From: an uncultured Chitinophagaceae bacterium
Lineage (GTDB): Bacteria > Bacteroidota > Ignavibacteria > UBA10030 > UBA8401
Reading direction: 5' to 3'
DNA length: 64,000 bases
Assembly (NCBI GenBank): GCA_964355925.1
Contig: CAYHFN010000005.1
Coordinates: 50,706-114,705, forward strand
The notes beneath the pieces were generated by a model. It was not told the origin of the DNA. It saw only the letters and a program-made list of their open reading frames with translations, and made no database searches. How positions within the stretch are numbered: the first letter of the stretch is position 1; every line of letters starts with the position of its first letter. This document shows positions 1-8,021 of the stretch, piece after piece. The translations under genes were made by a program, and so were the position numbers.

Positions 1-1302
1 GCTTATATCGCTTTTTTTATTCTTTTCTATACATACGGAATGGAATCTGCCTATTTTCGATTTGCTTCCTCAAAAGAATTAGGAAATGAGAAAGATAATT
101 TCAGCACTCCCTATATTTCCATCCTGATCATTTCAGCAATTCTTTCAATTGTGTTGTTCTTGTTTGCAATCCCGCTGACTTCATTGTTTATGATTGATGC
201 TTCAATGTATCGTCTTATTTATTATGCTTCCGGTATATTATTTTTTGATGCGATCGTGTTTGTACCGTTTGCATCATTGAGAATGCAAAAGAAGGCTAAA
301 TATTTTGCTTCGATCAAAGTCATTAATATTGGATTCACGATTGCCCTCAATATACTTCTTGTATATTATTTTAAGTGGGGAATTGAAGGAATATTTTTCA
401 GCAATCTTGTTGCATCATTCGTCTCATTTTTGCTCTTGCTGCCGACAACTGTTCGTCAATTCGAATTTTCATTCCATCAAACTCTTTTCAAAGAACTGCT
501 CAAATTTGGTCTGCCGATACTTCCGGTGGGAGTTTCGGGAATTCTGCTTCAACTTGTGGATCGGCCGATCCTATTATATCTTATGGATGAAGCATCTGTT
601 GGAATTTATCAGGCGAATTTTCGTCTTGGAATATTTATGGCTTTGGTGACCGGAATGTTTGAATTTGCCTGGCGTCCGTTTTTTTTATCTCACGCGAAAG
701 ATCCAAATGCAAAGACGTTATTCTCCCGTGTGATGACATATTATTTGTCTGTCTGTGCCGTTGTATTTCTTCTGATATCATTCTTTGTGGACGATGTGAT
801 AAAATATAAATTTCATGGACATTATATCCTGCGTCCGGAATATTGGGATGGTTTGGCGATTGTTCCGCTTGTGCTTGTCAGCTACATCTTCAGCGGTATA
901 GGGACGAATCTCAATGCTGGGATACAAATTGAGAAGAAGACCAAATATCTTTTCCCAACGTCATTCTCCGGATCGTTAACAAAAATTATTCTTACGTTCG
1001 TTCTTGTGCCGAAGTACGGGATTATGGGAGCTGCGTACGCAACGATATTCGGTTATATGATGGTGGAGATCACACTATACTACGTTGTGCAAAAATATTA
1101 TTACATTGAATACGAGTTTCTCCGTATCGGAAAACTTGTGCTAACAGTATTGATTGCATTTACAGCCGCAAAATTATTCTTTGACAGTGTTCTCATAAAG
1201 TTCATAATTTTGTTGATTTGGTTTTGCAGTTTATTCTTGATCGGTTTTTTTACCAGCGGAGAATTGTTGCGGTTGAAAAACATGGTTGGAAAAAAATCTT
1301 GA
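1..1302 (+). CDS. Wzx/MOP-family oligosaccharide flippase (5'-truncated by the window edge)
   Basis: Frame is open from base 1 (AYIAFFILFYTYGMESAYFRF...); many TM helices; typical polysaccharide-flippase motifs. Confidence 0.8.
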   Translation, partial: AYIAFFILFYTYGMESAYFRFASSKELGNEKDNFSTPYISILIISAILSIVLFLFAIPLTSLFMIDASMYRLIYYASGILFFDAIVFVPFASLRMQKKAKYFASIKVINIGFTIALNILLVYYFKWGIEGIFFSNLVASFVSFLLLLPTTVRQFEFSFHQTLFKELLKFGLPILPVGVSGILLQLVDRPILLYLMDEASVGIYQANFRLGIFMALVTGMFEFAWRPFFLSHAKDPNAKTLFSRVMTYYLSVCAVVFLLISFFVDDVIKYKFHGHYILRPEYWDGLAIVPLVLVSYIFSGIGTNLNAGIQIEKKTKYLFPTSFSGSLTKIILTFVLVPKYGIMGAAYATIFGYMMVEITLYYVVQKYYYIEYEFLRIGKLVLTVLIAFTAAKLFFDSVLIKFIILLIWFCSLFLIGFFTSGELLRLKNMVGKKS

Positions 1303-1327
1303 CATCCGTGTTCAGTTGTGTTATCTT
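1299..1327 (+). promoter_or_regulatory. Sigma70-type promoter of the B12 locus
   Basis: TTGACA(1299-1304)-17 nt-TATCTT(1322-1327) with an extended-10 TG; overlaps the flippase stop codon. Confidence 0.7.
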
Positions 1328-1354
1328 AAAGAAACATTGTTCTTTTCAATGAAT

Positions 1355-1517
1355 ATGTTGGTGTCCCGATATCATGATCGGGATGAAAATGGGAATCTCG
1401 TGATTCAATAAACTGAATAATCGAGAGCTGACCCGCAACTGTGATTCTTTTCAACGGAAAGAAGAGCCAGGAGACCTGCCAATATATAGTTCGATTCACC
1501 TTCGCGGAATGAGGTGG
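1355..1517 (+). ncRNA. Cobalamin riboswitch 1 (short, class II-like)
   Basis: GGTG...GGGAA-P4(TCTCG/CGAGA)-GCTGACCCGCAACTGT...AGCCAGGAGACCTGCC, then P13 CACCT/AGGTG whose loop GCGG is complementary to L5 CCGC. Confidence 0.93.
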
Positions 1518-1545
1518 CAGAAATATTTGATGTTAAAATCTTTCG

Positions 1546-1571
1546 TGCCTCATTATATATGAGGCATTTTT
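1546..1571 (+). terminator. Riboswitch 1 intrinsic terminator
   Basis: TGCCTCAT-tatat-ATGAGGCA-TTTTT; AATGAGGT (1508-1515) can pair with its 5' arm as an antiterminator. Confidence 0.8.
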
Positions 1572-1605
1572 CGTTTAAAGAACCTGTAACAATTAAGGAG
1601 ATACA

Positions 1606-2124
1606 ATGAACAAGAGAACTTCTTTTATATTTGCTGTAATATTGATTGCGTTAGCGGCATTTTCCCGGTTGATACCGCATCCTATGAACTTCGCGCCTAT
1701 CACTGCCATTGCATTATTTGGCGGAGTATATTTCAATGGAAAATATTCACCAATACTGCCACTCGGGGCATTGCTTATCAGTGATCTTTTCCTTGGATTT
1801 TATGATGGAATCCTTTGGGTGTATGGTAGTTTTTTGCTTGTCGTAGTAATAGGATTGTTAATTCGCAGATATAAAACAGTCCCGGTTGTATTTGGTGCGA
1901 CAATAGTCAGTTCATTACTTTTCTTTTTAATTACAAACTTTGGCGTTTGGCAAGCCGGTTTGTTTTACACAAAAGATTTAACGGGATTGGTTGAATGTTA
2001 TGCTGCAGCAATTCCGTTCTATCGGAATGCAGTATTGGGTGATCTATTTTATGTTACTATGATGTTTGGTGCCTATGAATTGGTCACGAAATATTTACCA
2101 AAAGTGCAATCAACAAAAGCGTAA
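1606..2124 (+). CDS. DUF6580-family membrane protein; putative S-component-like cobalamin transporter
   Basis: 172 aa, about 6 TM, SRLIPHPMNFAPI motif, AAGGAG SD, directly under a B12 riboswitch. Confidence 0.75.
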   Translation: MNKRTSFIFAVILIALAAFSRLIPHPMNFAPITAIALFGGVYFNGKYSPILPLGALLISDLFLGFYDGILWVYGSFLLVVVIGLLIRRYKTVPVVFGATIVSSLLFFLITNFGVWQAGLFYTKDLTGLVECYAAAIPFYRNAVLGDLFYVTMMFGAYELVTKYLPKVQSTKA

Positions 2125-2153
2125 TATTTAAATTTTTGTTCTTTTCAATACCA

Positions 2154-2354
2154 ATGTTGGTGTCCCGATAAAATTATCGGGGTGAAAATGGGAATCTCGT
2201 AATTCATTAATCTGAAAAATCGAGAGCTGACCCGCAACTGTGATTTTGAGAATCCTTGCGAAGGTGTAGAATCTTCGCAAGGTATTCAAGAATAAGCCAG
2301 GAGACCTGCCAATGTTTTGATTCAATACTCCTTCGAGGACTGAGGATGGATTGA
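2154..2354 (+). ncRNA. Cobalamin riboswitch 2 (paralogue of riboswitch 1 with a longer P6 hairpin)
   Basis: Same core motifs (GGGAATCTCG...CGAGAGCTGACCCGCAACTGTGA...AGCCAGGAGACCTGCC); P13 TCAAT-AC-TCCT / AGGA-TGG-ATTGA. Confidence 0.93.
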
Positions 2355-2384
2355 GAAATTATTTATTTTCAATTATTATTTCTT

Positions 2385-2420
2385 AGCCCAGCTTTCTATT
2401 GATGAAGGTTGGGCTTTTTT
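2385..2420 (+). terminator. Riboswitch 2 intrinsic terminator
   Basis: AGCCCAGCTTTC-tattgat-GAAGGTTGGGCT-TTTTT (12 bp, 2 G-U). Confidence 0.8.
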
Positions 2421-2435
2421 ATTTCTGATTCTATT

Positions 2436-4367
2436 GTGAAAAAAATTATCACTGTATCATTGTTGTTAGCGTATTCTCTTAATTGTGAAGAGGATTCTTC
2501 ACGCGTATACACATTGAATGGTATTGTAGTCACGGGAACTCGTAATCCCGTTGCAGTTGAAAAGCTTTCGTCAACAGTTCAAATTGCAGATAGTGTTATG
2601 ATTGCACAGAACAATGGTTCTACAGTTGCAGATGTTATCCGTTCGTTATCAGGAGTTTCGCTTCGAAGCTATGGCGGAAATGCAGCTCTGCAATCAATTT
2701 CAATCCGAGGGATGGGATCAGATTATTCTTTGATTCTTGTTAATGGACAACGTTTTACAACATTTCAAACAAATACGGTTGATATAGGAATATTCTCGTT
2801 ATTGGATGTTGATAGAATTGAAGTTGCGGCCGGTGGAAATTCTTCATTGTATGGTGCTGATGCAGTGGGTGGTGTGGTGAATATTATTACAAAAAAACCA
2901 AATGGTAGAACAACAGGTTCAATTTCAAACAATATCGGGTCATTTGGAATGAATGGTTTTCAATTTTCTGTTGGAATTGGTGATGAACAATTTTCTCTCA
3001 TTGCTTCATTAAGAAAAGAACGAGCCAGTAATAATTTTGATTTTTTTTATACTGAAGGATTTGATCGGAAAAAATTGCAAAGAGCTGGGACTGATTATTT
3101 GTTCAATAATTATTCACTTACGGCACGAAACGTTATTGATACTTTTGCAGTTTCAACTATTATGATACGTTATTCTAATGCCGATAGAGGGCAGCCAGAT
3201 GCCGTAACGAGTAATTATCAGAATAATCTCGCTCGGATTAATGACAAAGATCTCTTTATCATTAGTAATACGGAAATCGAACTTTTCAATATGATAGAAC
3301 TTACGTTACCGGTTTCATTCTACAATAAATATCAAACATATCGTAATCCGAATCTTATTTCAAATAATATTCCGGTATCGAGTATTTATGTGAACAATAA
3401 TTTTTCCATTGCGCCATTAATTTGCTTTTCAATTTTGCCTGGACATATTTTAATTGTAGGAAATGATGCAACAATTGCTTCAATATCAAGCAATGAAGTC
3501 TTTCAGTCGCGACGCGTGCAATTCAGCGGATTTATATCCTCTCAGCATACGTTCAATATTCCGTTTGAAATCATTGTATATCCATCCGCCCGTTATGATT
3601 ATTTTTCGGATACGGAAGGAGCTTTATCACCAAAGATTGGAATTAATATTGGAATTTTAGATCAATCCTTATTGCGATTACGTACAAGTTATGGTAAGAA
3701 CTATCGTGTCCCAACTTTTAACGATCTTTATTGGATAAATGGTGGGAATCCACTCTTAAAGCCGGAACGGTCAAATAATTTTGACGTTGGTTTTATCACT
3801 GGAGTAACGGATGAATTGCTCGACGCAAATCTTGAATTGAACTATTTTGCCATTGACGCGAGCAACAAAATAGTATGGCAGCCAATTTCGGGAAATTTAT
3901 GGTCACCCAAAAATCTTCAATCAGTTTCATCAAAAGGTCTCGAAATATCGGTTAAAGCGAATATTCTTAAAAATATTCTAATGTTGAATTATCATTATAG
4001 TTTTGTTCAAGCTGTTAAAACAAGCAACGATTATCCGGGTGATGAAACTCAAAATAAAATATTAGCATTTGTCCCCCAAAAAACCTCCACATTTATAGTT
4101 GGTAGTTCTTTTAATGGTATTTCAATGAATGTGATTTATTCGTTCACCGGTTTCCGTTATCAAACTGCTGATAACAATACGCGTTTCATCTTACCTACAT
4201 TTGATAAGGTGGATTTAAATCTATCGTACAGTTTTAGATTTACATCAATGTCGGTTCGTTTCAAATTTGAAGCAAATAATATCTTAAATACAGATTATCA
4301 GTTGATCTCGGGTTATCCAATGCCATTAAAAAATTATATGGTGACTTCAGAAATATCTTTCTACTAA
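2436..4367 (+). CDS. btuB: TonB-dependent vitamin B12 receptor
   Basis: Plug domain (VVTGTR, LILVNG, IEVAAGGNSSLYGADAVGGVVNIIT) plus barrel; downstream of a B12 riboswitch. GTG 2436 preferred because the track start (2409) lies inside the terminator. Confidence 0.85.
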   Translation: MKKIITVSLLLAYSLNCEEDSSRVYTLNGIVVTGTRNPVAVEKLSSTVQIADSVMIAQNNGSTVADVIRSLSGVSLRSYGGNAALQSISIRGMGSDYSLILVNGQRFTTFQTNTVDIGIFSLLDVDRIEVAAGGNSSLYGADAVGGVVNIITKKPNGRTTGSISNNIGSFGMNGFQFSVGIGDEQFSLIASLRKERASNNFDFFYTEGFDRKKLQRAGTDYLFNNYSLTARNVIDTFAVSTIMIRYSNADRGQPDAVTSNYQNNLARINDKDLFIISNTEIELFNMIELTLPVSFYNKYQTYRNPNLISNNIPVSSIYVNNNFSIAPLICFSILPGHILIVGNDATIASISSNEVFQSRRVQFSGFISSQHTFNIPFEIIVYPSARYDYFSDTEGALSPKIGINIGILDQSLLRLRTSYGKNYRVPTFNDLYWINGGNPLLKPERSNNFDVGFITGVTDELLDANLELNYFAIDASNKIVWQPISGNLWSPKNLQSVSSKGLEISVKANILKNILMLNYHYSFVQAVKTSNDYPGDETQNKILAFVPQKTSTFIVGSSFNGISMNVIYSFTGFRYQTADNNTRFILPTFDKVDLNLSYSFRFTSMSVRFKFEANNILNTDYQLISGYPMPLKNYMVTSEISFY

Positions 4368-4395
4368 TTCAATAACTCTTTACCAAGGAAACATA

Positions 4396-5451
4396 ATGAA
4401 AATAACCATCGCAATTCTCTTCTCGATTCTGCTTTTTGACGGATGCAAAATGGATGATCCGAATGCTCCTGTTCTGGAAAACCCGGTAGTTACTAAGGGA
4501 GTTTATATTCTGAACGAGGGAGGATTCACTAAATCGAATTCATCATTAAGCATCTATGTTCCGGATTCGAATAAAGTTTATCCAGATGTATTCAACGCCG
4601 CAAATAATCGTTCCCTTGGTGATGTTGCAAATGATATCGTGTTCTACAATACAAAAGCATATATCGTTGTCAATAATTCTCATAAGATTGAAATCATATC
4701 TACAGACACACATAAATTGCTCGGTACAATTTCTGTTCCCGGTAGTTCACCGTTTAAAATCATTATCCTAAATGAATCAAAAGGATATTTCACTAATCTT
4801 TACAAGGGAACGGTAACTGCTTTTAATCCAACATCATATACGATCATCAAAGAAAATATCTTTGTTGGTTTGAACCCGCAGGGAATTACAGCTGCAAATG
4901 GAAAAATATTTGTCTGTAATTCCGGTTACGGTTATGATAGTACAATATCGGTGATTGATCCAACCATTGATTCTGTCATCGCAACAATAAAAGTTGGAAA
5001 AAACCCGACAGATATTTCAGTCGACAACGATGGTGAAGTTATAGTATTAAATAATGGATTTACTGATTTCAACAATTCGAGCAACGATACTCCTGGAAGT
5101 ATTTCAATCATTGATCCAAAATCATTTTCTGTCGTTTCAACAATATCATTGCCTCTTGCATTATTTGGTCATCCCAATGAGCTTGCCATTTCAAATAAAG
5201 GCTATGGATTTACGGTTGTGAAAAATGGAATTATGAAATTTGATACAAAATCAAATTTAATCGTGTCTTCACAATTCATTCCAAAAACACCATATTCAAT
5301 TGCCGTTGATAATGTGACAGAACGAATCTATCTTGGTGATGCAAAAGATTATAACTCTAATGGGAAAATATTTGTTTATGAAAAAAATGCTATCCTAAAA
5401 GATTCTGTAACTGTTGGAATTATTCCCGGAACAATTATATTTAAACGATAA
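4396..5451 (+). CDS. btuG: BtuG-like (YncE/DUF5074) beta-propeller surface lipoprotein, probable B12 capture
   Basis: Lipobox LFDGC; YILNEGGF and LGDVANDI motifs; adjacent to btuB. Confidence 0.75.
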   Translation: MKITIAILFSILLFDGCKMDDPNAPVLENPVVTKGVYILNEGGFTKSNSSLSIYVPDSNKVYPDVFNAANNRSLGDVANDIVFYNTKAYIVVNNSHKIEIISTDTHKLLGTISVPGSSPFKIIILNESKGYFTNLYKGTVTAFNPTSYTIIKENIFVGLNPQGITAANGKIFVCNSGYGYDSTISVIDPTIDSVIATIKVGKNPTDISVDNDGEVIVLNNGFTDFNNSSNDTPGSISIIDPKSFSVVSTISLPLALFGHPNELAISNKGYGFTVVKNGIMKFDTKSNLIVSSQFIPKTPYSIAVDNVTERIYLGDAKDYNSNGKIFVYEKNAILKDSVTVGIIPGTIIFKR

Positions 5452-5479
5452 ATATTGGTTTCTATTTTTGGACTTGGTT

Positions 5480-5507
5480 AAAGGCGATGATATTCATCGC
5501 CTTTTTT
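5480..5507 (+). terminator. Terminator of the btu operon
   Basis: AAAGGCGATGA-tat-TCATCGCCTTT followed by a T-run. Confidence 0.8.
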
Positions 5508-5557
5508 GTTTTTTCTGGCTATATTCAATAAGAATTTCACAAAATCAAGGGGAAAAT

Positions 5558-7261
5558 ATGCCTTCAATTTCAATATCATCAGGTCTACTTCAGGAAAATC
5601 TCAATAATCAATTTACGTCATTTGCCACTCATTCAATCATAAAACGATTTTGGGAAAAAGATCATACGATTTGGCGCAATGAAGAAGTGCACAAGAAGTC
5701 AATTCTTAACCGTTTGGGTTGGCTTAATAGTTTGGATCTGATGCTAGCAAACGTTGATTCTCTTATCGGCTTTGGAAACGAAATTAAGGATGCTGGATTT
5801 AAAAATGTTGTTGTTTTAGGAATGGGCGGGAGCAGTTTATGTCCCGATGTGTGTCGATCAACATTTGGCTCAGCAACAGGTTTTCCCCAGTTACAAGTTC
5901 TTGATAGCACTAATCCGACTTCGGTTCTGCGAATTGAACATCAGATTGATCTTGCAAAGACATTGTTCATTGTCGCCTCTAAATCTGGTGGAACGACTGA
6001 AACAAATATGTTTTATCAATATTTTTACGATCGTGTTAGTTTAGCCAAAAAGAACCCCGGAGAGAATTTTATTGCAATTACCGATGCAAACACAAAAATG
6101 GAAAGTATCGCGAAAGAGAAACAATTCCGACGTATTTTTATTAACCCGGAAGATATTGGGGGACGATATTCTGCACTTTCATATTTTGGTCTTGTTCCTA
6201 TGGCATTGATAGGGATGGATGTAAAGAAAATGCTACATTCTGCAGATGAGATGAGAAAGCAAAGTAAATTTGAAACTGTTCAGAATCCTGCAGCACAAAT
6301 TGGATTGTTGATGGGCGAAGCACATAACGAAGATATTGATAAAATGACATTCATTCTATCCAAAGAGTTTGCAACATTTGGTTATTGGGCAGAACAGCTA
6401 ATTGCAGAGAGTACGGGTAAAGAAGGGAAAGGGATTTTACCGGTAGAAGGTGAGATCATTCCGCAAAGTTTTGATGTAAATAAATTTGGAGAAGACCGTT
6501 TCTTCATTTTTATACTTCTCGAAAAAGATTCACAAAAATATTCTGTACTTCAGAAAGATCTAACTGAAAAGAATATTCCATTTGCTATTATTATCCTGAA
6601 AGATATCTATGAACTTGGATCGCAGTTCTTTCTGTGGGAGTTTGCAACGGCAATTTCTGCAATTGTATTAAAGATCAACCCATTTGATGAACCAAATGTT
6701 AAAGAAAGCAAAGATAATACCGTTCGAGTGATTGAAGAATTCAAAACAAACGGAAAACTTCCTACGAATAATTCTGCAATCAAACAAATGCCGTTTTCTC
6801 TCTATGCGGAGCCAGCATATATGTCTAAACTTTCTGCATCTTCTGTATCGACAATGCTCAAGAACCACTTTTCGGGTATTAAAAATGAAGATTACATCTC
6901 ACTTCTTGCATATATCGACCAAAATCCTGCGAACGAAAAAATTCTTTATTCGCTGAGAGAAGAGTTGACAAAAATGTTTGACCTGCCGGTAACGGTCGGT
7001 TTTGGACCCAGATATTTACATTCAACCGGTCAATTGCATAAAGGCGGAAAGTCGAATGGAATTTTCCTGATCATTGTTGGTGATGAACCACATGATTCAA
7101 AGATTCCGGGTGAAGTATTCTCTTTTGAAGTGTTGAAGAATGCCCAATCACTTGGTGATTACCAATCGTTTGCCAATAGAAAATCGAGGTTATTATATAT
7201 TCATATCTCAGATGATTTAGGTAAAGGATTAAAACAGATATCTCAAGAGATTATGAAATGA
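5558..7261 (+). CDS. pgi: Glucose-6-phosphate isomerase (type matching the PGI half of Tal-PGI fusions)
   Basis: LGMGGSSL, SKSGGTTET, GGRYS, EQLIAESTGKEGKG, NPFDEPNVKESK motifs; ATG 5558 has AGGGGA SD. Confidence 0.8.
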   Translation: MPSISISSGLLQENLNNQFTSFATHSIIKRFWEKDHTIWRNEEVHKKSILNRLGWLNSLDLMLANVDSLIGFGNEIKDAGFKNVVVLGMGGSSLCPDVCRSTFGSATGFPQLQVLDSTNPTSVLRIEHQIDLAKTLFIVASKSGGTTETNMFYQYFYDRVSLAKKNPGENFIAITDANTKMESIAKEKQFRRIFINPEDIGGRYSALSYFGLVPMALIGMDVKKMLHSADEMRKQSKFETVQNPAAQIGLLMGEAHNEDIDKMTFILSKEFATFGYWAEQLIAESTGKEGKGILPVEGEIIPQSFDVNKFGEDRFFIFILLEKDSQKYSVLQKDLTEKNIPFAIIILKDIYELGSQFFLWEFATAISAIVLKINPFDEPNVKESKDNTVRVIEEFKTNGKLPTNNSAIKQMPFSLYAEPAYMSKLSASSVSTMLKNHFSGIKNEDYISLLAYIDQNPANEKILYSLREELTKMFDLPVTVGFGPRYLHSTGQLHKGGKSNGIFLIIVGDEPHDSKIPGEVFSFEVLKNAQSLGDYQSFANRKSRLLYIHISDDLGKGLKQISQEIMK

Positions 7262-7305
7262 TGATGACCTCAATGAAAGAAAATATAAATACCAACATTT
7301 GAATT

Positions 7306-8007
7306 ATGAATAAACTTATAATAAAACTCTCTGGCGGTCTTATTGTCTCCTGTCGAACAGAAAATGATGATCCGTTTAACAGTCCAGATCTTATAACAAA
7401 ATTTGCACTTTCAGCTCAGATGGGTGGTGCGTCGGCGATTCGAGCTCAGGGTATTGAAAATATTAAAACAATTCGTGAACAATTAGATATACCGATCATA
7501 GGAATTGTTGAAGGACGATTTGAAAATAACTGGGTTTGTATCACTCCTGATTTTAACGATATAGAAAATATTATTGATGCCGGGGCAGATATCGTTGCAC
7601 TTGATGTAACTCCTCGAAAACGTCCGAATGGAATGGATGGGATTGAATTTTTTGAAGACATTAGAAACAGATATGATATCCCTTTAATGGCGGATATCTC
7701 TACATTTGAAGAAGGAATTCGCGCAGCAGAGATGGGAGCAGATATTGTAGCTACTACACTTTCAGGATTTACTCATTACACAGAAAAATATGCTACCGAT
7801 GAACCTGACTTTGAACTTGTGGAGCAATTATTCAGGGGAACAAAAATCCCCGTTGTAGCTTCGGGAAGGATCTGGAATCCACAGCAAGCGAATGAGGCAT
7901 TAACACGCGGGGCATTTTCAGTTGTTGTTGGATCTGCAATTACCCGTCCAAGAGACATTACTAAAAAATTCGTTGAAATGATGAATAGAAAAAATAATCA
8001 AATATAA
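7306..8007 (+). CDS. NanE (ManNAc-6-P 2-epimerase) family TIM barrel with a non-canonical active site
   Basis: IVSC, AIRAQG, MADIST, TTLSGFT, GSAITRP motifs, but the catalytic Lys position is Glu (see findings). Confidence 0.8.
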   Translation: MNKLIIKLSGGLIVSCRTENDDPFNSPDLITKFALSAQMGGASAIRAQGIENIKTIREQLDIPIIGIVEGRFENNWVCITPDFNDIENIIDAGADIVALDVTPRKRPNGMDGIEFFEDIRNRYDIPLMADISTFEEGIRAAEMGADIVATTLSGFTHYTEKYATDEPDFELVEQLFRGTKIPVVASGRIWNPQQANEALTRGAFSVVVGSAITRPRDITKKFVEMMNRKNNQI

Positions 8008-8021
8008 AAGGTTGAAATGTA

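Noticed and set aside
2128-2325. 65-aa minus-strand ORF
   Set aside because: It is antisense to cobalamin riboswitch 2
5414-5557. N-terminal extensions given by the ORF track (also 2409-2435, 34375-34596, 51209-51280, 54503-54577)
   Set aside because: They run through terminators or neighbouring genes; downstream starts fit family N-termini better
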